In this document: in pieces, positions 23,901 through 39,039 of the stretch
Layout of the letters: each line of letters begins with the position of its first letter
Position numbering within the stretch: position 1 is the stretch's first letter
Source of the DNA: Phoronis australis
Taxonomy: Eukaryota > Animalia > Phoronida
Assembly: GCA_002633005.1 (NCBI GenBank)
Contig: NMRA01000104.1
Span: 429,255 to 493,254, forward strand
Direction: 5' to 3'
DNA: 64,000 nucleotides
Made by a program: the position numbers and the translations under genes
The notes under the pieces: model-generated
The model's input: the letters and a program-made list of their open reading frames with translations, nothing else
What the model was told of the DNA's origin: nothing
Databases searched by the model: none

Positions 23901-26900
23901 TAGCCAAAATGTAGTACTTCGCGTCACCCCTCTCAACCCCCGACACCTGAGACTGCTTTGGAAACCCTTTCTTTGTCAGTTCATACCCCTTCAGTAGGAC
24001 ATTGTCAATGTACATGTATCCTAGCCCAGCGCGTCGGCGGTGGGCAGGCTGCTGCGAACCTGTCAGAATCCGGCTTTCGTGTTAACAAGGTACTGAAACA
24101 AATTGCCCATCAGGTTAAGTGTTCCAGCCCTGACGTCGGCACTGTGACTCTTTCCGTGAAAATTGAGGTGCTTCGGTTTTACAACTTTGGATGCCTGTCG
24201 CGGAGTTACACTCTCGTTGGTTCCCTATGTGCCGAGTCAGCTCGTGCTGGCTACCTCTTAGGGGTACGCAGGGGACCAGCGAGAGTTTCCCTCAACTACA
24301 TTTTTATCAGCGCCCTCTCGTGTTCCGTTCTTTCACAGTCTATCTGTTGTTCTTTCTTTTTTGTCTCTGAGTCGTGAGGCAGTCTTCGTTTCGTTGCTGC
24401 TGTGGTTTGTAGTTTTCATACATCTCAAGACCGCTGCTGTAATTCGCGTTACTGTTCCCTATCGGTTTAGTTTCGAATCAGCGCCCACTGTCGGTGTATT
24501 TTCAGGCGAAATGACTCCTTTGCAACCATTTTAGTTGACCGCATATGAATTGATACGTAATTGTTTCGTTTCACGCAAAATAATAGATAAGAGATAATCG
24601 TCTATATAGAATTGACTAATTGAAATCATTATCTTGAGTTGCAAATGACGCACTCAATGACTTTCATAACATAAATTTCAATAATTAATAACAGAAATTG
24701 ATGCGTGAGTGAAACACTAATGGAAAGCCGTTAATAATATTTGTCAACACACGATTTTTGAGACAGATTTGACTAAAATATGACGTCTTCAAGTGTATAT
24801 TGATCAACAGACCCATGGGTTAAGAAGTTAAATGTAATAAAGTATAAAATACAGAATTGGTTGGCAATGGTGACGTCAGCTTTCATTGGCGACCTAAGGT
24901 TTCCGCTGAATCCCATTTGGCGAGTTGGCGTTAAGCTAAGCATCGAGCGCTACCAAGTGAATCAAAGTTATGTGGGTTAGAAAGATGTCGAATTTCGGCT
25001 AACTTCGAAATATCATATCTCTTGCAGCGCTTTTTATCGCCCATCTTACCAGATATTATTATTTTTACATATTTTAATTTATTTTCATCCCTATTCTTTG
25101 TACTTGTATTCTATAATAAAATGCTGTATTCTGTCATAATAAATGATCTTATTTCTGCGGTAACGGCCTTGTGGCCCCCTTTTTATCGACCATAAAAAGA
25201 TTCACTTTTGCCAAAGGGCTATAATAAATCCTTTTAAGGTTATCGTAAAAACAAAAATGCATAAAATTTTAAATGAAACATAGTTTACCAGATCTCATCT
25301 TCAAGAATCATATCAGACAAAATGTGGTCGTGTTGTTGATTTTCTATGAATATTCTTTTTTTTTTGTTTTAAATTAATTTTACTTGAAAAACATATACAA
25401 GTGACACAATGGCAGATTGGCATGGAGTTAGCAACTAAACCCTAAATGCTTTTGTCGTAAAGAAAATGCCTATTTTTACTAATTTAGCTTCCACACTTCT
25501 GTAAATATTAGGCTGAATGTACAGATTAGTAGATAAGGCCTACACGGCATTAACATAAAAAAGAAGGCCCTATCCATTAGCACCACCTAGTGAATGTAAA
25601 GTCTTGGTTACAGTTGGTCAATTCGTTCGTGACGTCACACACTTCGCTCATCCCTCTGTTCCAAAAATGGTGGGGTGACTCAGAATGTAAGGAAGAACCA
25701 GGGCGACAACTATACATGACGAATATTTGCTCAGGCAATTTAGGCTTAGTATAATACAGCAACGAAATTCTTCATTTTGTTGAATTGAAACACAACGTGG
25801 CGTTTGATTTTGACCACAATACGGCCGAAATGGTATTCTAATGACGTGACGTGTCCCCTGGATGGTCTTTTAGATGTAAAACACGAGGGGAACATGTCTT
25901 CCAAGATCCCACTACATCATAGCAAAGTATACATGTATACATGTAGTGATAGAAATCGTTTGCTTTATGGCTCATGTATTTAGACTGTGTTTTTACGAAT
26001 CCTATCTCTTCTCTAATCTATCATCTAACCTAAAATGTCAACTGATAAAATGATGAATGTACGAGACTTAATTTAAAATATGTTTTGAGTGTTCATCGTT
26101 GTAACGCACTGGGGTCTTTTATTTCGACAGTTGGCCTGCAACTTCAACTTGTAAATACCAAAGCTGTCTCTAAACGTTCAAAAAGTAGAAATCACCAAAA
26201 GTGGTAAGCTCCAAGCAGCGTCATAGATACCCCGCATGTACATGTATGATAGTCATAAATAAACAAATACAAACCTTTTATCCAAACCCGTCGACGAATA
26301 CATTCACCAAATCACAAACATCGCGTCACCTCTAATTCAAACGTTTTATAACCGCTAGAAGCTTTTCACCGTCTTCTAGGTGGGTAACTATAAAAATCCA
26401 ATACTTCGATTTTTATCGAGTGCGTTACTATGCGCGACAATGGTCGCTATTGTCTGACACAAGCCAGCGCTGCTAGTGGTTTATTCATGAGTGTCATGCC
26501 TCGCTGCAGTCGCTTTCCTGGTTACTGGCATGTTTAATTAAATAGAAAAGTCACTCGGAAAATTAAATAGCAGATTAAAATATGCGCACAAAACGCAATA
26601 AAGAACACCCTGATCCGATTTGAGTAAAACACGCACACTTGCAGGCACACGTGTTCGTAAGATTTGCATCGCGGTGCAATAACTAAAACTCGAAGCGAGC
26701 TTTAAATTCTATGAACAAGAAATGCCTCTGCCACGTTTACGGCTTTAGCGATAGATGGCGTGACACTTACTTTTCAGGTTGGAAATTTCGATTCTGTTCC
26801 TTTTTGTTGCAGGGGTGCGGCTTAGCGGTAATCGCGAGCTTTAGCTTTTAAAAAAGCTCGCGATTGCACGAGACCACCAAGTACATGCAAAAGGTCTATG

Positions 26901-28686
26901 AGAAGCCAACATCGCATGTCAAGGTGTTGACTGACATGAGGTGTGCCAATAATCAATCGGAGTTTTTAACAGTTCCTAGTTTTATATTGTTGAGTAATCT
27001 GTAATTATTTACTTTTATTTAAAACATCACGAAAGACTGCACACACAGAAATGTACGTGTTCTATGTTACGGATAATTTTCAGTATCCTGTAGGTAAATG
27101 TTTGCTGACTGCTTTCGCCACAGGAGGCGCTGTTTTTAGTGCGTCTCTTCCGACCGTGTGACTGGATTAGGGTATTTTGCCCGAATCTTTTGACATGGAC
27201 AGGATTTAGGGGGTGCAAGGGGGCGATGCCCCCCTAAAATTCTCCTAGATTCCATTTGGCAGTTCGGGGGGATGCGAATGTCTGACGGACAAAATCCTGG
27301 CTAATACTCTGTTCTGCCCACCCCNNNNCCCCCCAACTCAAAATCCTGGATATGCCCCTGTGTGCTGTTACCGAAATATGCTATGTAAGTTCTTTATAAC
27401 TTGATATTTTTGTGACTGAACTGCTAAATATGAGTACGTTGTTACTAACTTTGCAGTTTTGACAGTTATTAGTTGTGTTCATTAGCCAGTGTTTGTCTGT
27501 TTTACAAGTCACGTCTCTTCTAATGAGTGCGATCATTTCGGACATTTTTGTGACCGAGTCGTATGTAATTTAGTCTATAGTGTGTTACTGTGGGCTTCTG
27601 CTGTGTTGCTTCCTTTTTAGGTGCTGACTCCAGTTTTTATGAGATTCATTTGACTGTTTGCATCTATGTTCACGGGCCGTAGACTGGGCCAGTCGCTGGA
27701 ATTTTTTTATTATCTCCGCAACTTTCTACGCACAAGGTGGCCGACAAACATGAGAGTGAAGTTATTTTTGTGAATTTGAGTTTCATCTATGGTTGAAGTG
27801 CTATCATGAGGGAAGAAAAACGATTTCTGAGATCAGTCTCAACACGCAATCGAACTCAGTCACAACCTCGACCGTCGCAGTCCAACGCTTGACTATTGGA
27901 GAAAGATATTATACACTGTAGTTGTAACTGTAATATATTTGTAGTGGAGTTAAAACATACAACACTTAATAAGGTAAAGCATTCTTAGCGCAGTTAAGTG
28001 GTTTCAACAAATGGCTGGCAGACAACGTGCAATAGTACTCTTGTCGTTTTCCACATACATCATGGGGCGGTTGTCGGCTTGCTAAGAGCCGGTAATCATA
28101 GAAAACTTGGCGACTTGTAACCAGTGCGACGAAAAACACCACCTTTCACTGGAACTTGCCATAATCGAAAGGACTGGTCCGTTACTTTACTTGCGATCTG
28201 ATGGCCCAAACATTGTCAAACGGAGGATCGTCTGCTTGGGACTCGGGACGTCGGCCGTGTGTACTATCCCTGCCTACATGTTGATGTACTGCAATTATTT
28301 CGAAAGTTTACAATATCCTGAAAATAACTACACCTGATCAAGTGCCACCTGAGTTCCGATACGATACCAAAGTCATATACACAGGGCAAATAATAACACA
28401 AAGATATTTTTAACACTAGACCAATAGAAAATGTGTCACATTCTTTACCGTCATTAAAATATTTCCCAACTTAATCTTTTTTCAACCGAATTGCGCAAGA
28501 GCCTTTTCAATAGAAAGCCCTTCGTCCGCTCGTGATGATGTATGATTATAGCAGACGCAAAATATAATTAATTAACTTTATAAATAATTATCATTTTGCA
28601 TAGCTATATCTTATTTTTCCAAAAACAAGATGGTTTCCAAAAATGCGAAAAATAACATAGAATGTAATAATTGGTTGATTAAGTAT

Positions 28687-31600
28687 CAGTCCACGGATCC
28701 ACCGACCACTGTACAGCCAACAAGCGGCAAGGTGGGGGGTCAGCCATTCAGATCCATGTTTAGTCTGATAAATCACATTAGGGATGAGAGAAATTGGGTG
28801 AAGTATGACACCACAAACTTTGGTGGTTTAGGAGATGCAAGGGAAGTGTTCTTGGGGGCAAAATGAGGCAATTTCTTGGTGTGGAATGAGTCATTTTTGA
28901 CCAAATTTTCTATTTCAGTTTCTGCTTCAAACAGAATAGTTTCTGAACAATTTTGATATCACATGATAGGTTCATGACCAATGCCAGTAAAAACGGCACC
29001 GACACTGCAATATCGGTTACCATGGTAACACTAGAACTGTTTCCGTGGAGGTACATTTCCTTCTTGTGAAAAACCAACAGTAAGTTGTACCCTTATAGCG
29101 AAGCTGTCCCCGCGAGAAAACTAAAAATAATAACATGGACATGTAGAAGACTCCATGCCCTTGAAATTAATACTATAAAAACTTTGTCAGCCCTTCAGGC
29201 AGGCTTGATAATAGGTGTCTGAATTTCACTATTTTCAGACCGCGTATGTGTATTTGTCATGTTAAATCAGTCACTAGTTGTGCGCCGTGGTATAATACAA
29301 CAATTAAAAGAATTGGTTTGCTTAAATGTTTTTTATTAATTTTAAGGACACTAGCATTCACACTAAAATATGAAATTATGCTAAATTTGTTCATTCAACT
29401 CGTCTGAATAGCAAACTAAAGCTTACAATGCGTTAGTTGAATGATGGCTGACCTAAAGTGCGGGTTTGTGAATCTATCTATTTATCTGGCACTGCCAGTC
29501 GCATCGAATGTGGTATTTCAACAAATTGCGGAGAGAAACAACTTTGGAAACTCTTGAGAAATGCACAAGGTATAGAGCGAGACATTTGAGCACCTTATAA
29601 GAGTACGTGGAGCTGATGTGGAGGTGGAACGTGTCCTCCTGAGAAGTAGTCTGTCTCAGTGTCTTCCTCGTAGGCAGGTGTGCAGCAGGAGCTACATAAT
29701 CTACCGTCAGTGTTAGATTCACTTGCCCGAATCATCGTTACAACACTCGAGATATATTGCTGTCGCCAAAGACACTGTGAACATCCACTGCTCACTAGAG
29801 GAGAAATCTGATAGAGCCTGATAGAGGTCTGAGAAATGACCAAAGACTTTAAGTCAAGGTTCAACGTCCTGCTTCGTGTGAGCTCAGGTAGGAATCACTA
29901 AACTCCAGGATCTGACTCTGAGGGATATTTTTAGAAGCACGTCATTCATGCAAAAATACTTTTATTGTCACACCGTGATTGCTTATAACTTGGGCCTTAT
30001 TGCTTAATCATATCTCATTCAAATGTGTTGATGTTTATGCAACTACATGAATACACATTGGCATAGAAAATAGGTAGTCATCATAACTTTTCATAACAAC
30101 CACCAAATGTGTAACATGACATCTGCCCATGAACTACTTTTAGAGACTAGGGAGTATGTTATGTCTGCCAATGAATTTCTGCGATTATGAAGTTAATTAA
30201 ACATGCTAAAGCCGTCAAAAATATTGGAGCCTTCACTTTAGCTTGGTATTCATATTTTCTGAGCCGAAATGGCCACATAAAATTTAATATGTTTAATTTT
30301 TTCATTAATACAATTTTAGGAATCAGGAAAGGCTTATGCTGAATAAGTGGCTTCTGCTGAAGTTGAAGACTTGCCGATTATTAGTAAAGGTTGGGTATGG
30401 AAAAGTTCACAACCAGCAAGAAGGTACCCTTCTGGACAACTAAGTGAGGGGGCCAGAGAGAGGCCGTAAAGTCTACTCCCAGAAGATATGTCAAAGAGAA
30501 TTTGTAGCTTGAGGAACTAGTCGGGGAAAAAGTATTTGTCAAAGATTACTGGCTTATACCACAACAGGTCCAAAGTAATTTGTTGAGATAGGCCACTCTC
30601 AGCAAATGTGGGGAAACTGGGACAGAGGAAGTGGAGTATGCATTGAAAGAGTCAATCTGCGATTGTCAAGGATGTGGCATTGTAAAAATTCAAAGGGAGG
30701 AAACAGTACAGTGGCTGGACCTGTAAATACTCTGGCTGATCTGCTAAATCCAGTGGGGGCATTATTGTATCAGCACAGCTGTGTAGGGAAGTAGGCTCGT
30801 GTGTTGTCGCAAGCTTTGTTTGCACCACAACTGCTTGTGTGAACAGCACAAATCTAAAATTTACCTAGTCTAAGACTGAATTTTTCTCCAGGCACGGATC
30901 GTGATCCTGGGCCACACGGTAATGGTACATTTTGTTTAGCCACTGGATTTTTTGGTCTGACAGGATTTCTCAGTGTGGCCATCACATTTAGACGATTTCT
31001 GACCACTGTACTGTTCCTTTTCCTTGAAGATGCATAATTGATCTGAATTTATGTTTCCGCATTTTATTTACCATTATAGATTTTTGTTTGTAAATGGGTA
31101 TATATTACTGACATTTGAGACCCTGTTGCAGTTAGGCTGGTTTTGTTAACTTATCTTTCTACCTGGGTTGTAAACCCATATTCTGTCCAGGAGGTAATAA
31201 ATTTTGATTTAGACCATTTACCTCTATAAACTTTGCTCAGTTTGTTCCTTATCCAGATGGGAAGTGATTTCTGGAATTATAGCGAATTGACAGTTTGCTA
31301 TTCCTTGAGACCATGCTGTGTGTTTAAAATCACACACTATTAGTCTGGTCTCTAGCAATTGCATATTGCCAGATCTTTCAAAGTTCTGAAATTGCTCAAA
31401 AGTGACCTGGAAGTATACCTATTTCGTGATGGTAAAATGTCTAAATCAAAAGTTGTTTTATGTGATTTTAGGCGAGTTTATGTCCACTTCAAATGATTTT
31501 TGTTGCAGTTCTGAAAAGTATTGGCACATTAGCTCTGGTGGCTCCTTGTTTTTTTGGCGAACTGACCATTTTATGGTTCCCATGGGTAATTTTGTTACTG

Positions 31601-33330
31601 GTCTAGTATGTATGTACAACAGTAATCGTAGGGCAATTGTAATGCAAACCATGTTGCAAAAGTATTTTTTCATGACCATTTCATTGTAAAATGCTGCCTA
31701 ATTGGAACCGACAAGCCAATTGTTCATTTTGTGGTGGTTAGTTTTGATAAGGACATTGATGTGGTAAATACAGCTACCTCAAGTTTGTGAAGAAGAGATT
31801 TCCAGTGTTGTCAGCGATATTGCGAAATCACTTTTTCGCAGTGAGACTACATCACCTTAAATGTAATTCAGTCTCTGGTTGCTATTTTATATTTTTTTCA
31901 CAAAGAATATTTTCAACTTAGATGAGTTGTCTGTGAGGTAGGCAATTTTCAAATAAGATAATGAATAAAATTGTCAAACATTGTTTTATTTTTTAGATGT
32001 GTGATCTTCCTATAAGTGATTACTTTTAAAAAACCTGTGCAGAATTTGATCTTTACTCTTCATTTAGAGGAGAATAAATCCATAAACCTGCATTGTCTAG
32101 AAATTTTACTCAAACTACATATTACAGGGTTGGGGATTGGAATCTTAATACAACAGAGTCTGAACCCGTACCATGAGCAATACAACACAATACACGGATA
32201 TAAAAATTTGGTGTTTAGGTTCCACATAATAAAGATATAATGACGAGCATTTATCGGCAACGGTCTGATGTACAATGATATGACCGATGGGCGAAAAACA
32301 TGCGACGAGTTGCCACAGACAGTGATGGAGTTTGTCTTGTCATTCGAATGTTTTTAGAGAACTGCAAACCCGGTATTTCGTCAGGAAAATTTCTGCGGTC
32401 TTTTGTTTTAAGTCGTGGGAAAAACTGCGGTCATGCCACCAAACTTATCATTCATTTGATATTACAATGCATTGCATGAACATTTGATCAACAGAAAATT
32501 TGACTTGAATACATGTATGTGTGAAGAAATACCCATGAGGAAATTGCAAAGTAAAACAACTGTAAATCAAAATAACCTACATTTGTCGAGTTCATGTCTA
32601 ACCCTGTTCACTGCGGAGGACATAATCGGCTATTTACAAAATGGAGCCATGTACGGTACTTAGGGGTACTATAGCCCAAAGTGATAAGTAGTAAAACGTT
32701 TAAACATTCAGGAGGAACTAACTTGTTGGAAAATATCGAAAAATATGAAGGACAATCGGATTTTACGGTGCTCACGCATCGATCTCAGATACATGAAAAT
32801 TTCTCATTTTAGTACATTTGAGGTGCCAAAATGTATAACTAATAAACTGGCTGACAAAGATTTTATTTTATGCAATGAAAGTAAGATGTTTTGTCAACAT
32901 TTTGGCTAAGTTTCATTCTCATAACAGTGGGGGCAGATTTGGTACAGCAGTGTACTGAACACAACCTCAAAATGGCATAATGGGGGGCAATGTAGTAAAA
33001 CTACTAAATGAGGGTGGTAAATCGGAATCGTGTTTCAAGACATCTGTGTAACAATCTATAGGCGCCACTAAACAATGCCAAGTGAATAATAAATCAATAG
33101 CTTCCATTCAAGGAAAAATATGAACACTTAAAACTGGACAGTTTTTATACCGTGAAACATGGCTGCGAAACCGTAAAATGTGTTTGAACCTATAACTTTA
33201 GAAAAACACAATATTTTGAGGAAATATTGTACCGCTGTTTATAGATCCCATAGGACTACATATGTGCCAAATTTGGTGAAAATCGGCTGACCCCCACCTT
33301 GCCGCTCATGGTTGGTGCTCTCGTGGACTA
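28687..33330. mobile_element. Putative Academ-like DNA transposon remnant (~4.6 kb)
   Basis: The left end cagtccacg...agcggcaaggtggggggtcagcc is the inverted counterpart of the right end ggctgacccccaccttgccgct...cgtggacta (YAG...CTA termini). Stop-riddled coding-like DNA lies at ~29500-30900. No clear TSD, so these could be two separate ends. Confidence 0.45.
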
Positions 33331-34763
33331 TTACTTAAGAAATTAGTCAACAAATTAACTTGTAATGTTAATTAATTGAGTGTGTAATAATAACATCACA
33401 CGGAAATGAACCAGAAATGACCAATTATGGCAACAGTAAATTTGGTCAGGCATTTATCCAAAATTATGCATCTTCGCATATTAATTGGACCTTTGGTGCC
33501 GTTTGTTGCAGCTACATGTACATTATTAAGTAAAAATTCAGGATGTAATAACATTTATGAAAATGCAATATGCTAATTACCTTAACTCCTACGTGAAATT
33601 TTCAGATAAGAATTTTCTGCTAGACAAAAATGGGCAAACATCTATTATGTACCTTTGAACTAAACTGTGGATAGCTTATTACATTGGTTGCAGTTTAGGA
33701 CTTTGCGCAGAATTTCAGAAATATATTCATTTCTTTATTAAACATTAGTGATACTGGTGAGTGTACATGTACATGGACCTGTAGTGTGTGTGTCACTTAA
33801 ACCATGCAGATACATTGGAACAGTTTATAACAGTTATGTTACTTAAGAAATTGTCCTTTGGAATATAACAATGTTCATAACAGGGTGAACACATCATTTG
33901 GAGCACCCGTTGCATAGTTGTCAAAATTCGCGATAGACAGTACTACTGTTTGAGGTGGCTAGCCATCACAACTGCCTCACATTCGAGAAGCAGAAAATAC
34001 GGATAAAAGCAGGACATCTGGATCAATGTCAAAACGCAAGGGCGAAATATTCCCCGCAACACACGAAAACGTCCCGACGGCGTTTTATTTGTTTTTGTTT
34101 TTTTCGAACGGGTGAATGTCACAAAAAAATAAACGTCCGATTTTTTTTTCCTTTTTGCCGAAAAATATGGCTCATAGTATTGGGGGATAGCGGGAAAACT
34201 TCAAAGAGTTTGACAGTCCGCCAATAGCGGGGTAGTTGGAAAGTACGGTCTTGGATTATTGTCAGTACATGGTAAACTTTTCATTTGTTTTTTTTTATTT
34301 CATGAGTATAGGTAAATGCTTTGATAAACTTACTGCTCAGAAATAGAACAAAGATGAAAGCAACGGTAGCTGTGCATTGAACTTGTAACATCTCCTGAAA
34401 ATAGTTAAATAACAACAATATTTCATATTGTAGTTACCGAGGAATCGGCGCCTGAGTTGCAGACGACGTAATATTTAGCTGCAATTGAAAACTGAGACGG
34501 AACTGTCATATAATTAAGCCCTGTTCCGAATGTTACGATTGAGACCTGATTGTGCGTTGAGTGTTACTCACACTGTTGCATATTGCATTACTTTACACTA
34601 TTTTCTGAAAGTTTGATGATCTAATCGGCTTTTGAACTTTCCATGACATAGGTCGCTGTTCAAGTGGTGCGGGAGAGAAATACGGAAAACATTATTACAT
34701 GGCCTTATTTCCCCCTACTGATTCAACGCGTATGAGCTAAATACACTCCTTACGATATCGCAT

Positions 34764-34918
34764 CGGTTTGTAAATTTATCATTTATAATTGCAGAACAAA
34801 TACTTTGAAACCAAATGTCATTTTGCTATGCAAATATACACTCGTAAGTTACGTTATCACAACGGTTTGTAAACTTATCATTCATAACTGCGGAATAAAT
34901 ACATAGAAACCAAATGTC
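34764..34918. repeat. Imperfect direct duplication (~55 bp, 99-bp spacing)
   Basis: cggtttgtaaa.ttatcatt.ataa.tgc.gaa.aaatac...gaaaccaaatgtc at 34764 and 34863. Confidence 0.75.
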
Positions 34919-36361
34919 CCTTTTGCATCTATAAACCTAGCATTTTCTAAGACTGAAGCTCAAAAGATACAGAAACCATGCTATTCCCTCCACACCATCG
35001 AAATGTCCCGCTTTAGACACGCAGCGACAGTAATTTTCCACACGACATACATGTAGTCCTAGTTCCCGTTCAACTAAAAGAAAAAACAGAGCGTTTCGTG
35101 GTTTCTGCGGCACCCACAATTTCCCTTTCGACTAAAAAACAAGAAAAACGCTGAGCACGAACGCGAACCTGTGAGGTCGGCATTCTTTGCTTACTACGTC
35201 ACAGTGTTGACCTACATTTTCGCATTCAGTCTCGAAATCACATGGACGGTAACAACGTGAAAGCGGCTGATCTCGCATAAGTGCACGACGTGAGTTGCCG
35301 ATTTATGGTAAAAGATCGTTCAATTTATGCATTTTTATGTTTTTAGAAAATCAAGTTAACCAGGAGACGGTATAGCTTACATGTAGTGCATGTGCCTTAC
35401 TCGGTTGTACGGTTTGAAATAAGACCTTTGTTCTGACGTCCTCGTCTCAGAAAAGCCACAGTAATAATCGGGCGGTACTGGGTGGCTCATGTGCCAAAAC
35501 ATCTCAATTTCGGTAATACTTCATGAAAGCAAATGAGAAGAATGCTTTCATTAGAAATATTCAAAGCAAATGGGAATAACTGAGAGTTTATGAATTAAGC
35601 ACAACGTTTTTGCATTCTTGTTGAACTTCACTTTTGTTGTCAAAAATGACAACTAAGAATTTTTTTACCTGGGATATTGATTGTTTTCACTGGGGGCAGA
35701 ATACAATGATGTACCCCAGTCGGCACCTATTTTCTGAAGCCACAACCCAGTTCTAACGCTGTGACCCGTCTGGTGACTCACACGTTCGCGTTCGCGTTAA
35801 CTATTGTAGCCGATGTTCTCTTTTGGGAAACAACACTTACTGGAGCATGAACCTGTGACCTCTGGTGATTCCCACGCGTTCGCGTTCAACATGTAGCCGA
35901 AGCTCTCTACAGACGCTGTCGTATTTGTGTTATGCTGAGAACCTTCTGGCATAGACCCAGATGGCCCAGTTTTTGTCCGGAAGTCCCGCTTTTCAATCTA
36001 GATGTCACGTTCTTTCATTCTCGAATGTGACCGTGACAACAATGCAACATGTACGTGTTCAAAATAACATGTCTCTTTCTTGTTAATACTGTTCTTCTCC
36101 AGAGTTAATTTTCCTAATTAACATAGCAACCGTAAAATGTGATTCAATGATACTTTTTTAAGGTATCACACATTACATGTATCAGGATTGCTAATTTTTA
36201 CTTTCTGAAGAGATGCGTTTGTTTCTAAACTTCTATCTAACGTCCTACAATGTTTTGAACTATCCACAGTATATTTCAAAGCTACATAATAGATGTTTGG
36301 CCATTTTTATCTATTAGAAAACCCTTATCTGAAAATTTCGGAAGGCGTTTGGAGAAATTAA

Positions 36362-37154
36362 TTTATACCACAATATTAGCATCAAATGGCAAATACAACC
36401 GTGTAATAACCCATTTAGTTATCTCACTAGTGAGATAACATTTTGGTGGGAAACCGAGGGTGGTTTCGAACCTGGGCCTCAAGAGTTTCGAGTCGCCGAC
36501 TTTACCACGACACCACTCAGCGACTGACGTCATAGAAAGCGCAACAATCGCATGCTCAGCAAAGGGCATTTTACCGACATTTATACGTTATGAAAAATAA
36601 GACGCAAAATTTTAATTCAGTGATTTTTTCTCTCGTGCTCTCTCACTTGTAAATCACCGATCTCCAATTTGAATGCGGGTATCGTGTAGTCGGGATCCTT
36701 TGACTTGAGCATTATACTCAGTTACTATTGGTAACCTACTTTAGCAGACGATATTTTCCCTGTCGAAGCTTAGCGTGATAAAATGTGTAGTAAGCTATAA
36801 TAGTTGCTAAACCTTAATTTATAGATTCACTTTATTTCGATTTTGTTTAAATTTTCAATTGGTTTTGAGTAAAAGCGTTACTTGACAAAAATAGCTCGAC
36901 TTTTCTTAAAAGGTCACGACCTCCGACCCCGGGCCTCTGACATAGAAAGTAGTTACAAAGCCGAGGCGAGTCGAGAAAAGTAGATCGATTCATTGCAATG
37001 TTTCTCGTTCAGAATGTGGTATAAATAGATTATTACATGTTCTAAGTCGTTATGCCCCGTTATCTAGAGCCAGAGTGGCGATAATTCTCCAAAATCCACT
37101 CGGGTTCTAGATAACGGGGGATATCGACTGAGAACATGCAATAATCTATATTTA
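36362..37154 (-). mobile_element. Second copy of the Crypton-like palindrome family, carrying a tRNA-like cassette
   Basis: 36790-37154 matches the centre and right arm of 15035-15734. 36363-36520 is the reverse complement of 44070-44223. Confidence 0.8.
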
Positions 37155-37499
37155 TTATTTGTCCTGGGTACACACTTTTGGTATCCTATTAGAGATCCGG
37201 TGGTGCTTAATCATGTGAATGTTTTTAAGGAAAGTGTAAACTATTAAAATAGTGTAATACGTCTCGGTGGCTTAATGTTAGTCTTGCAGTTAGGCAGTGG
37301 TAATGTCCTCGACCGGCTTCCCGAATCGCGGAATCGCAAGCAGATGGTCCTCCATTTAGATGAAAATTGTTTGGATGAAGTTTTCGGTGACAACAGTTCT
37401 AAACTTACCTCGTTTCTACTAAACAAACATCCTAAGCCAAACCCTATATATTCCATAGCAAGAACCAACACCGGAACCGAACAAATGCAACCAAACTCC

Positions 37500-37600
37500 A
37501 CGCATGCGCGTCCTAACCTCAGCCGCGCGTGATTGAAGTTGGCACTCCAGGCTTACAGTTCTATATAAAATACAGGGATCGACGCTTAGCACATTGTCAA
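37500..37600 (+). promoter_or_regulatory. Candidate TATA-containing promoter for gene B
   Basis: TATATAAAA at 37562-37570, with a CGCATGCGC (NRF1-like) motif at 37501 in a CpG-rich patch. A possible UTR intron runs from GTGAGT (38051) to TTTATTTAG (38746). Motif evidence only. Confidence 0.3.
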
Positions 37601-38798
37601 ACGGCAAATTTCCCAGATCGCCAAATGAGAAATGAGTTTGGCTTTTAAATCAAGGAAACCCCGAATGCGACGAAAGGAAAATTCTGGCATTCAGAAACGA
37701 TGCAGACATCGATGGAAACAGTAGAACATGAAAAACCATCTGAATTTGAAAATCGGGACAACTGGGTTAATGTAAGCCAGGAGGCGGACGACGTTTTTTT
37801 TCTCTTTTTCTTTATAATAGAAAACAAAATTAAGAGTATGGCTTGTGCTCGCTGACGACTAATTTCTCCATCGGGCCAAATTCCTGGTGAATTTTTATTT
37901 GTCTAACTTCTTCGGACTTGGTTACAATTCCCAAAATCTTTTTCTTAGTGACTTCGGATTTTACCAGGTCTCCAAACAAAATTTGAGGTCGCATTGGCGA
38001 GCTACAGGTCCCCAACGGAGCCTTGTTCTAGGTTTTTACAATACAAAAACGTGAGTTTCAATGTTTGGGTGGGATAGCCGCCCTCGTGTCAGTATTACAA
38101 CCTTCTCATGAGAGGTCAATTTTCTGATAATGGTCTTGATTCGGCAACGTTGTGCCGGTCATAAATTCGTCTCGGGGTCTAGCGCAACCAAGCCATAATT
38201 TTAGATTTATTCCACATCTATAGTAGCCGTACTCTATTTTATCACAGAGATACTGAAGCAAAAGCCTCGAAGTACATTTTTCATGAAAAAACACTTATGA
38301 CAATTTACTAAAGAAGATGGATATTACTTAGTTAATCCGCCCAACGATTATTGAGTGGTGATATTTAAGATCATCTGAAATTACATCAATGCATAAACAG
38401 CCGCGCTAAAAGAAACATTCACGAGAACTTACACTGTGTAAACAAACCAACCGCTGACGACGCTCGATATTTAGAAGTTGACCGACGAGAATGAAACTCG
38501 ATAGCACATTCACAGCCTTCGTATTTTTGGTGTCAGTTGGTTGCAATGAATCAGGAGCATGACTTTCAACGACCCTCGCTTGTATGGTCTCTTCCAAACA
38601 CGTGGACATTTGATTCAGTTTGCCGCAAACCGGGGTATCCAGTCTTGCCGTCCGCTCAAGTGTAATATGCCGCGATCGAGACTGTTTCTGATTAGCCCAC
38701 ATTATTGACGGTTGTTTAGAAAGTGATCCAGTGCCATTTTATTTAGCGAGGATGTGTTCAGTCTGTACAACGGCGTGGACATCGCACCAGGTTTCAAA

Positions 38799-39039
38799 AT
38801 GACGTCGGAGTATCAGAGAACACAAAAGAAAATACTTCTTTTTATGACAGGATTAACTGTGACGGGATTTTTATTGTATCTGATATGTGTTTGCACAACG
38901 TATTGGAATAATTATACAATACCAGACAATTACCATGACAGCAAGTTGGGTGGAATTTGGCTACGTCGGCACTCGGGTCTGTTCGTAATTTGTAACGTAG
39001 TGAAGGTGAATAACTCAGAAAATGCATCAGCCGAAGAAG
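38799..39039 (+). CDS. Gene B coding exon 1
   Basis: AAAATGACG start. Reads MTSEYQRTQKKILLFMTGLTVTGFLLYLICVCTTYW...RHSGLFVICNVVKVNNSENASAEE. Donor AG|GTAAGG at 39040. Confidence 0.92.

Noticed and set aside
23958-24377. 139-aa plus-strand ORF as a gene
   Set aside because: It has a non-ATG start and no domain signature, and it lies next to the minus-strand Gypsy remnant.
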